Shown here piece by piece: positions 28,201 through 40,200 of a DNA stretch of 64,000 nucleotides. Every line of letters begins with the position of its first letter. Position 1 is the stretch's first letter. Location of the stretch: assembly GCF_963853765.1 (NCBI RefSeq), contig NC_088855.1, positions 59,706,001 to 59,770,000 on the forward strand. The letters are read 5' to 3'. The translations under genes and the position numbers were made by a program. Source of the DNA: Magallana gigas (taxonomy: Eukaryota). The notes under the pieces were generated by a model. The model had not been told where the DNA came from. It saw only the letters and a program-made list of their open reading frames with translations, and searched no databases.

Positions 28201-31200
28201 TATGTTTATTTCACAATATAATATCAATTTTACGCATCAAATAAGCTATTTTCAACACATTTTGCTGAATATCTGCAGTTGAAACTATCAAGCCATGGCG
28301 TCAACAAAGCATATAGATGACGCCACAATACAAATGAAACGCTGCGCGAAAGCGTACGTACTCGTTCTGTACTCGGCCTCATTAATATACAAAAAGGAAT
28401 ACTTCAATTTAAGAGTGGGGTAAAATTGTGATACCAGACTGAGACATCATAATAATGGTGAGCAACTGTACAGATGGTGGGGGGAAATGGAGAAGGTCCA
28501 TTAGATGTTAGATAAATGCTCTGCATTATTCTAATTGCATTAAAAGCATCAAAATATTTTTAAGGAAAGTGTAAGCATATTTGAAAATAGATATTCGGTG
28601 ACATAACTTCCTCTCAGGAAATAGACTCACCAGATTCATAAGGAAATACAGAACTAAGGCCAGATACACAATGAAAAAGGCAGCGTTGAACCGCGAGCTG
28701 GCGTAGGCTGGCATCATCACGTCCGGGAAACTGAAGGCAAGGACAGTCAAGGTTAAAGCACTGGTTATAGCATTGATTTTGAAAAAAAAATTAATGAGCT
28801 AATTAATGCAAAAGCTTGAGATGCTTTGTTTTAAAAGGAGGGGGGGGGGTCAGGACTATCAAACAGAAATCACACAATTTTCTTACTTTAGTACACATAA
28901 TGTGGTTTTTTTTACAAAATCAATTGTTACTGGAAGAGAATTACAAAAATTCATTGTCAAAATGATTTTATTATAAGTCTTTGAATTCTCCAATTTACAT
29001 TCAAAAGTAACTTAATGATTTAATTTCACATTTATTAACAGCATTTTATATATTGAAACACACTTAAAAACAAAGTGCCAGAAATGGGTGATTTCGCTTC
29101 ATTATAAGAGTAATTTGTAATATGTGTCAAGTTTACAACATGTTAATAAGTCACAGGGAATGAAAATCACTTCACTGTAGGTGTCAAATCATTATAAACG
29201 TGTTCACTATAACTGTGTTTCACTGTATATCTAAATATTTACCGTAAATAAAATATCCTCTTTTATAAAAATTTGTGTTCAATTATGCCCAATATGTTTG
29301 CATGTGTCTAACAGCTTCGACATGTTTGTAAATTAGTATAGGGAGTCAACAGTAGCATTGGGCGGCCTCGTTAGTGGTATATGCGGGGTTACAACGTATG
29401 AGGGTGCTTACTTTGCAGTGGTCAATAAAACAAAGAGGCTGACAAAGCTGTCCTGTAGAGTGCTGAAATACTGCAAAAGAAAGTCAGAGTCAGTCCCTAC
29501 AGGTCCAGAGAAGGGGCCCCAAAAGCTACCATCATCACACATGGAATAATACAGCACATAGGAGCCACAATAGCTAGCACATTTTTACACAGAATTGTAT
29601 CGTAAATACAGTTAAACTCCATTATATTTAAGTCCTAGGGACTAATGGATTTACTTCATTATATCAATAAATTGTAATATCTGTATAACCAATTCGTAAT
29701 AATAACTATAGCGAAATCACTATTTTCTTTCACTAGACTACAATTTTTGCTAATTGAGGCTTAAAATGATAATACATTCTTTTGATACCTTTAATAATCG
29801 GATTGTGAATTAAAGAATTTATGTGAAAATAAATTCATTTAAACTGTTATGTTCAATGATGGTGCAAACTTTTTAAACTGTAGAGAAATTTGTTGTAAAA
29901 GTGTTAAAATTCATCATTATTCACCTCTACGGGACTCAAAATTAGTTTGCTATAACCGTAATTCTTTATATCTGACTTCATTATAACCATAAAATTTTGC
30001 AAAGATTTGTTAAGAATTTTAACAGAAACTCAAAAAAACTTCATTATAATTTCGAGATTTTGCTTTATCCGTTTTCGTACCTAACGAGTTTTCTGCACAA
30101 GCCTAAATACCTTCAACATTTATACATGTACATAGAATTTAACAATACATAGGGCCCCAATACACCCCTGCGAATGTGTTCGGAATGTTTTCTTTATCGT
30201 TGCTAAGTATGTAATAAATCCAGAGGTGCTCGAATGAAAGTTCACGAGACTTCACCGAGATTTCTTCAGTTCCTGTGAAATTTCGAGCGGAAGTATAAGT
30301 GTTCGGATAAAATTCTCAAAATACGTAAGTACTGATCGATTTTCATATCATATTTTACTTTAATTTATGTTAAAACATCAACATCTTTTAAGATGTATGT
30401 CTTATTTCACCATCTAGCGGTTTTTTAAAATTAAACGATGATATTCAGAATAGAGTTATCGTTCGTGTTCGCCCACGTGTAGAGTGGTTGATAATATAAA
30501 CATTGGGTTGCTTAATAAAATCATAGCCATGTTTGATGCTTGTGGTGTGCAATACCATGTTTTTAAAAAAAATAATGGGTGAATGTTTTGCATAAAAACT
30601 TAGTATATCGAGCCATTTTCAAGGAACATTCTGCATAAAATAGTACAGTCTGTTTCACTATTGATGTTATTACTAGGTCAGGCGCGGATCGAAAATTAAT
30701 TCTTAGGGGGAGATCTCTACTACGAATGTTAGTTGTCGCAACAGCAGAAAAATAACTATTTTTTGTATTGTCACATTTATTTCTAGAACACATTTTATCC
30801 ACCAATTAATGAAGATAAAGTTTAAAATCAATAAACCTCTAGAATTTATATTTGACTACAAGTACCTAGATTCTCTAAAATAGACTATAAACACGAGGCA
30901 CGATTTTTACTGCGAAACTGAAAGTGTCAAATAAAACCACGTGGTCTAAAATTTAAATGACAATAACATTCGCAGGGGTGAATAGCTAGTATGTTCTGCC
31001 AAATGAATGAATTCATTGTTTAGATAAGCATTATTTTACCATCAAGTATAGGAGTCAGCATTTTCTGTCAAAGTTTCTTACCGTGTCATTGGCAACTTGC
31101 GAGAAGAGATAAAATCCTGAAAATAAAAATACACCAAGTTGTGTATACTTTGCTTAATCTGTTAGTTACAAGAGTGAATATGGGACAGGGTTTTTGTCTG

Positions 31201-34200
31201 TTCCAAAACTACAAGTGTGCATGCAGTCTGACATAAGAAATTTTAAGGTAAATCAAATTTAGAACAAATCTAGAAGTGAAGGGATTAAATATTGTGCTCA
31301 AATCTTACCGAGTATGGAGAAAATTAAGATGAAGAACATGAGTAGGAAGATGAGTTCTAGGATTGGAGGCAGGGACATGAGGATCTGACGACTGATTCTG
31401 TAATCAAGATTAACAAGATTAATGTGATCATCCAATATACTTATATCAAGTCCAACTCTGACGACTGATTCTGTAATCAAGATTAACAAGATTATTGTGA
31501 TAATCCAATACACTGATATCAAGTCCAACTCTGACGACTGATTCTGTAATCAAGATTATTGTGATAATCCAATACACTGATATCTAGTCCAACAACAGCA
31601 TTTAATGTCCATAATCCAATCAAGAAAATCCAGTTCAGTGTAACCATTGTTTTGCACAATACTAGTGAATAAATCAATGCAAATTCATTTTACTTTTCAA
31701 AAACATTATAAAACTCTACTTGACTTCAGATCTGATTCTAATCTGACTCCCCTGATATCTAAAACAATGTCCGAGTCTGACCTTCTGACCCTTAGACACC
31801 AATACATGTATCAATATATTAGTCTGACCCCTTTTATATCGATACCTGAGCCTGACATTTGACCAATACATGTACAGTAAAACTCGTTTAGTACGAACAC
31901 GGATATAGCGAATTCTCGGATATAGCGAAATGCTTTTGAATCTCCGGTAAAATTCTTAACTTATCTTAGCAAAATGTACGATTATAACGAATTCGTATAT
32001 TACGAATTTACGGTTATAGCAACTCATTTTGAGTCCCGTAGAAGTGAATAATAAGGAAATTTCACACTTTTATAACGAATTTCTTTACAGTTAAAAAAGC
32101 TGGCACTACCACTTAACATAATAGTTTGAATGAATTTATTTTTCATAACTGTTTTTCAATTCATAATCAGATTATCAAAGGTATCAAAGTAATGTATTTT
32201 TATTTTAAGCCTCAATTAACAAAAATTATAATCTTGTGAAAGAAAACATGTATATAGTGAATTCGCTATAGTTATTGTTACGAATTCGTTATACGGATAT
32301 AGCGAATTACGGATATAACGAAGTAAATCCATTGGTCCCTAGGACTTCGCAATAACCGAGTTTTACAGTATCAATATATTAGTCTCACCCCTTTTATATC
32401 GATACCAGAGCCTGACTTTTGACCCCTCTGAAATCAATAACAATATCTGAGTCTGACCTTCTGACCCCTATGATATACAATATCTGAGTCCAACCTTCTG
32501 ACCCCTACCATCTCAACAACTATATAGAGTCTGGCCTTCTGACCCCTACCATATCAACAACAATATAGAGTCTGACCTTTTGACCCCTCTGATATCAATA
32601 ACAATATCTTAGTCTGACCTTCTGACCCCTCCGATACCTTTTACCAATCTAATTTGATAGTGTTATCAATATCTGAGTCTGACCATGTGATATCAATATC
32701 AGTATCTTAACCAGTCTTTTTGACCCTCTAATAACAATATCTGAGTCTGACCTTCTAACCCCTACGATATCAACAACCATATCGAATCTGACCTTAGCCC
32801 CTCTGATATCAATAGCAATATCTAAGTCTGACCTTCTGACCCCTACGATATCAACAACAATATAGAGTCTGACCCTCTGACCCCTCTGATATCAATAACA
32901 ATATCGAGTCTGACCTTCTAACCCCTACGATATCAACAACAATATCGAGTATGACCTTCTAACCCCTCTGATATCAATAACAATATCGAGTCTGACCTTC
33001 TGACCCCTCTGATATCAATGACAATAACTGGGTAACGACATAAATGACATACTAACCATGCATTTCATAGGTATATACAATAGAAATATGTGTTAAAACT
33101 TATGTGTTAAAACTTATGTGTAATATTTCAGCGCAAAGAAGCATTTTAACTACAGTTGCTGATTTTGAATTTTGTAATTTAAAATTGATCTGACACAGAA
33201 AATGGAAGGTTGTGTTCAGCTAAAAAAAAAACAAAAAGAGTTTCTGCTACATTAACCTTGCTTTCGAAATCTGTAAATGATGGCATGAAAGTTGTAAGTG
33301 ACTTAGAAGACTTTTGTGTATTAAAAAGCAATTTATACATGACTTTAAATGTTTAGTCAGATCAATTTGGGCACTCGATTACTTTGATTTACTATATGAA
33401 TTCATTTTCCCAGATATGTTGATAGGTACAAAATATCGTTTTCTTTTTGTTGGTTTTGATTCGGCTGGCCCCGATGAAGACCTTTTCTTATTGGAAGCCA
33501 TCACACTTAATGGTTTAAACCTTCGGTTTGTCAAAGCAACTCACGATAATAATTAACACTTGCTGTGTCTGTTATATAGCCATATTCAGCATTGTTTACG
33601 TAGCTCGTAGATCCAAGCTCAGCTTGGGTTCATAACTGGAAGTCAAACGCGCAACATAATTTACGAACCAAATCCGGAAATCGGGAGATTTTTGGATTGT
33701 TCAACAAAAATCGGGTGAAAAGCATGACCCGCCGGGTCATAAAAAATAATCGGGTGAAGAGAAAAAAACGGGTGTGACCCGACGCAAGCGGGTCAGTTGG
33801 CAAGTATGGATATCAATAATAATATCTTAGTCTGACCTTCTGACCCCTCTGATATCAATAATAATATCTTAGTCTGACCTTCTGACCCCTCTGAAGTAGT
33901 GTGTGTCAATCAGGAAGAGTGGGCGGAGCGCCCTGGTGACCCGGAAGTGATTAGTCTGTCGAATCAGCACCACAACAGACTCTATGAACATAATGGCCAG
34001 TGTGACAGACTGAAAAAAGGTGGAATACAAACATTAGTTCCCAAAAGTAGATTTTTAATTGACTGTCCGGTTATTAAGGCAAATTCATTTTAAAGAAAAA
34101 ATCAAGGTTCTGCTTTTAATATATAGCATTTAGAAATATATTAAATCTTATTTTCTTCTGACAAAATTGTTAATTAAAGGACTATGTGCGGTATGGTCAA

Positions 34201-37200
34201 ATATCTGCCCCCGATTTCAACCAATTTCTAAATAGTATCGTATAAAAAAAATCTTCACAAATCATTGTATAGAGGATGCCTATCACTTTAATCTTGATTT
34301 TAGTCATCATTGCTCATTCGCTGTTTATCTATGATGTCACCTAAATGACATAATTCCCGCAAATTTGCAAACAAATGAAAATATTCTCATTTTTGCTCTA
34401 TATTTTGCATTCGGAAGTATAGAGCGGAGGTCTGCTCAAGTGCGATTTTAACATACGTTTTTCTTCAGATAGTTATACACATTATGCTAAAAAATGGTAC
34501 TTGAGCAAGCCTGCGCTCGATGTTTCCCAGTCGAAAAACCATCGAAAAACACCCATATTTTGCTACAAAACATCAATTTATCGAAATAATGCAATCTTTC
34601 TGACGTCCTTTCTACATTATGACGTCACTGTGGTGTTAAGCTTTTACACCCTTATTTCCAATATGATTTTAACTATCTTTCACCTTAATTTTAAAGCTTT
34701 TTCTAAAACTTTGATTTTGGGGGCAAAAAATGCATAAAACCGCACATAGTCCTTTTACACGAATTGTACAGATCTTTAAAGAAACATTAGGTTGAATTTC
34801 ACCTTGATGGAAGTCCGCTTGTGTTTGATAAAAGTCTTCCAACCTAGCCATCTCATCTTGATGGCTAACTGTAGGGCAAGAATTAGCTGGCCCAGAATCT
34901 CCAAAGAACCATGGACCTACAACATAGATTATACATGTCTGAGGAACTCCCCAAAGAGCCAAGGACCTACAACATAGGTTAGACATGTCTGAGGAACTCC
35001 CCAAAGAGCCAAGGACCTACAACATAGGTTAGACATGTCTGAGGAACTCCCCAAAGAACCAAGGACCTACAACATAGGTTAGACATGTCTGAAGAACTCC
35101 CAAAAGAGCTAAGGACCTACAACATAGGTTAGACATGTCTGAGGAACTCCCCAAAGAACCATGGACCTACAGCATAGGTTAGACATGTCTGAGGAACTCC
35201 CCAAAGAACCATGGACCTACAACATAGTTTAGACATGTCTGAGGAACTCCCCAAAGAGCCATGAACCTACAACATAGGTTAGACATGTCTGAGGAACTCC
35301 CCAAAGAACCATGGACCTACAACATAGTTTAGACATGTCTGAGGAACTCCCCAAAGAACCATGGACCTACAACATAGGTTAGACATGTCTGAGGAACTCC
35401 CCAAAGAACCATGGACCTACAGCATAGGTTAGACATGTCTGAGGAACTCCCCAAAGAACCATGGACCTACAACATAGTTTAGACATGTCTGAGGAACTCC
35501 CCAAAGAGCCAAGGACCTACAACATAGGTTAGACATGTCTGAGGAACTCCCCAAAGAGCCATGAACCTACAACATAGGTTAGACATGTCTGAGGAACTCC
35601 CCAAAGAGCCAAGGACCTACAGCATAGGTTAGACATGTCTGAGGAACTCCCCAAAGAGCCAAGGACCTACAACATAGGTTAGACATGTCTGAGGAACTCC
35701 CCAAAGAGCCAAAGACCTAGAACATATTCATCTTGTTGAATCTTTTTCACAACTCCATATGTGCAAAAAAATACTTGACGTATGCGAACCAACAAAATAT
35801 AAAATTAATTCTATCAGTTAAGGAAATTGTATTTAATGTTAAAAAACTTAAATCAGTTAGGAATATTAAAAGTGGTTTTTTTCCTAAAAAGCTATATGAT
35901 AGAGATGATATTCAAACTGTAAACTGAGATGGGTACTTAGCATACATGCTGTATGTACTCTAATGCTTGCAAGGCACTAAGGCATATACAGAACAGGTGA
36001 TATAGTATGAATATCTTTAAGGGATGGTACTCCAACAAGTAACCAACTGGAAGTACAGTGAAAGCTTATGATATCCCAACAGGTATTGTAAGGTATCAAT
36101 AATTGTATGAAATGTTCACTCCCACAGGAAGTGCAAGATATTAACACCTGTATGAATGCTTACTCCCACATGGGTTCTTACCCAGACAGGTAGTATAAGA
36201 TATCAACACCTGGATGGATGTTTACCTTACAGGTAAGGTAAGGTAGGTAATGAATCCTTACCCCTACAGGTAGTGTAAGGAAGGGCACGGCCGGTCGTTC
36301 ACACGCAGCCAGCAGCAGGAGACCAAGGGCTGCCACCAGGTCCAGAACCTGGAACCACTGATGATGGGCTATCTGATAGGCGGGCAGGGCGTTACAGTTC
36401 CGGGGGTGGGTGTAGAACTTGTCGTTGTTCTCGCCTTCCTGTAGAAATATGGCCGCCTCCTGGTAGTTCAGCTCCCATAACTTCCTGTTGTCTCTGCGAC
36501 TCATTTGGGCAGAGATCGGGATATCGTAGCCCATGTTACCCGTGTCATTGACAATTTCATACTCGGACTCCGCTAACAAAAGAAATTCATTCTGAGTATT
36601 AACATGTCTGAATAGAATAAGAAATCATTACAAAGTAACTATATGTCTTGATGACATCTTTGTAACTGCCTAGCTTACAATAACTTACTAACTACTTACA
36701 TGAACTACATGTTTTTATTAAATTCTATGCTGCAGACTCCAAATGGAAAAAAATATCAAAAATAATTTTAAAAATTTGTAATATATAGAACCACTTTAAC
36801 AAGACTTTGGATTTTCGGAGGAAAGTAATATCTATTTCTTGTATCAAAACAAGTTAAATATGATGCTAGTTTCGCTGGTTTCAAGTGAACTATGCATAGA
36901 TTGCATAGTCTTAGCTCAAATGCCAGAGAAAGCTTTTTGATTTCAAAAAGACATGGCTGAGTAGCAAGCAATGACCTAGACAGGCCATAGTCAAAATGCG
37001 TTTTGACAACAACTCAAAGTCCATTTAGCTCTTGTTCAAATGCTTCAATCATTGCAGTACTGTAAATTCCTAATTAAACGCGAGGAATTTATATCTGCGT
37101 AAAATCGCAAGAAGCATGCCTAGCGGATTTTAAAACCTCCCTATTATTTTCTGGGAGTTGGGAACTATAAGAAATATTCATTTGATAAATGTTCTGCGTT

Positions 37201-40200
37201 CGCGATTTTACATTCTCCGAATTGATACAAAACCGCAGAATTAAGTACTCGCGTACTATAAGGAACTTACAGTACTCAGTAAAGCTGGTAAAATAAGAGT
37301 CAGAAAAAAATTACCATTCTCTAAATCTACAACAAATCTAGATCTACTTCTAGATCTGTAGCAGAAATACTTTCTTCACATCAAAATACATTATTCTCTT
37401 ACATATTGTATTCAATTTGAAACTTGAATTATTAATTTTGTGTGTTTTAGACAGCCTTCAAATTCCTTCTATAAAATATCCTAAAATACAAAGAAATTCA
37501 AATAATTAATTTCTTTGTATATAAATCCTTGATTCAGGTAAGAATAGAATTAATGATAAACAATAAGTAATTTGATTACATTGTTCATTTAAGCACTAAA
37601 ACATTACTTTTGAAAGATGTTAACTCAAAAGTGCAATGGTGTGTGCATACAAATTGAGTTATGCGCTCTTGCACACAACATTGTGGATTTAAGACCGCAT
37701 CTTTTAAGAAATAATGCACAAATTAATTACAATTTTATTACATAATTTTATTTTTCATTCTGTTAATCACTAAATAAAACCTTTGGTATAATAATAAATC
37801 AATAAATTGAATTCATTTATTCATTTAACAGTTAACAAATTTTACACCAATGAAATGTTTTTCAGTGTAGGTACAAATGCAATTTAACGGGGGGGGGGGG
37901 GGGGGGGGGGGGGGGGAAACGTGAATTCAATGTAAATATCATCTATTGGTAATAACATTAAATAAGATCTTTCATGCTTTGATATATCAATAAATTTAAT
38001 ATCACTAGACAGGTGACTTTAACAAATAGGTAATGTGTGCATTTTGAAACAATGGTTAAAATTTAAAACACAAAATGTGGATTTTAAAAATGCAGTGAAA
38101 AATGTATTCCTTTTTTAATTGATTTCACCATATACACCTTTATGACATTGTTATTGTAATAACTGGTAGCTTTAAAATTTTATCTCATTCTATAAAAGTG
38201 TATGTAAATATAAAATTGATAAATTAAATAATCACACATTGAGTAAACAAATTATTGAATCAGATGTGTTTGAAGCTTTCAATATCATGGTATCCATCAT
38301 AAATTACTGAATGTTAAGATTCAGAGAAAAAAAAATGACTAAATAAAAATGGTATATTACATGTACATGTACAAGTCTATATGTCAAATGACTATATATA
38401 TCATAATACCAAATCAGTGATAAAACAATGTGTATTTATTTTAAAAACTACTGGTAATGCTGAAATGTTCCCCCTAGTTAATTTCCTGATCTGATACTCG
38501 AGTAAAAGTATGAGTGGGCTAGCGATTAAATGAGAAAATTATTATTTTTTTGTAGGCAAACTTTTAAGGCAATATACATAAATAAATTTGTGAGGAGGAT
38601 TACATTTTTCAACTTGATTCTAATTTATAAATTAAAAAGATTTAAAATATGAAAAATAGTGCAGAAATAGAACGGAAAACAGCAAAAATCTACCAAAAAT
38701 TTCCTGGATGCAGTAATTCTATCATTATATTTATAGTTTGTTAAATACAAGTGTGCGGGTCTGTTGAACATGATATATTACATTGGTGAGGCTTTATATG
38801 AAATTGTTTTCATATACTGAAGAAGCAGAAATATTTATTGAGTATTTGATTTTGTTACTTTCCTTGGCTTATTTTCAATGAAAATAAATCCTTGATGAAA
38901 TTTAACCCCGGAATTCAGAAATACAGAATTGATAAATAATAAAAAGTAACAATTTAGAGATTACAAAATGACAGAATTAGTTAGTTAAATCCTTTTCCGT
39001 GCCATGAAGGCACATAGGGTTGGTGCTTATCCCCGGTTTCCGTGGTGCTAAGCATAAGCCAGTACCCAATTTCAGCTGTGTGGTCTGGGGTTTGAACCAG
39101 CAACCTTTCAGTTACTGGCCTAACGCCCATAACCACTGAGCCATGTGCTTCACCAACTTACAATATGACGAAATTAAATCCCAACAAAAATTTGTTGTTC
39201 AAAGACAAAATCTAAGCTAACTAATATCTATGCTTCTATTGTACACACACGACTTTATTTTGCATCCTTTTCATATTTTTTTCCTGAATATGAGTACGAT
39301 ATGAACACGTATCTCTGATGATTGGTACATTTTTCTGTATATTTGTTTTAAGTTTGATTTGAGCCAATAAACTGAACTTGAACTTTACAATGTGCCTGTA
39401 CAGTAATTATAATTCAGGAGTATTAGAGAACAGGAGATGACAGTCCTTGGCGGCTGTGCTAATGGGGTACAGATCTCACTGATCTAAGAACAATGTGTGA
39501 GGTAAATCTAAGGTGATCAAAAATGATGATGTGCTTAGACTCTTTCATAAAAGATTACATGTGTCAGTTGTAGCATAAATCAATATTTGCTAATACAGAG
39601 CACACACGCTGATCAGTACAGTATATTAACACATGCTGTCCCTTCCAAAATATTAATAAATACAATACAACCTGACCATCAAAGTGGTTGTAGAATACGA
39701 ATGCAGTTTGAAAGTTATGTCAGACAAACCTCAATATTTGGACACTAATTTAACTTTATTAAAAGTAAAAAACTACCAATACATATCTGTTCATTAGTAT
39801 TTCCTTAACCCTTAGAATTTTAATTGTAAATGTACAGACCAATTTCTACCAAAGCCGTGGACTATGTCACCCGGTTAACAGGTGTGTGTCTGTCAGTCAA
39901 TATATCAGGACTTGATAGCTCATTAGCACAGTACATAGGGGCCCTGGCCCCTGGGTTCAAGTCAATTTGAAACTATTCACAACTGTTTACATACATGTAG
40001 TGAACAGAGATGATACGTTGTGCGACTGGTATTTAGAGAATTTTTTTTTTTCGAAGACTTATTATTGTAAAGTGTTGATTTCCTGTTCAGTACTAACACG
40101 CAGGAAAACTATCTAATACATTGTAAAAAATGTTATAAATATTAATATGGCATATATATGTTTGTTTATTCAGTTTCGATCTGAGTGTCCTTCAAATTTT

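Larger units (their letters stand above)
31715..33895. repeat. ~42-bp tandem repeat family containing the TPCN1 exon 4 donor, split by insertions
   Basis: GATATCAATAATAATATCTTAGTCTGACCTTCTGACCCCTCT exactly duplicated at 33810/33852 and overlapping the exon end. Diverged units lie at ~32395-33025 and ~31715-31800. Confidence 0.88.

Noticed and set aside
34901-35723. CRISPR-like regular array
   Set aside because: Units are contiguous with no unique spacers, the DNA is eukaryotic, and there are no cas genes. The same applies to the other arrays.
39080-39143. tRNA gene
   Set aside because: It has A/B-box-like motifs but no complete cloverleaf, and it is followed by a SINE-like body and tail.
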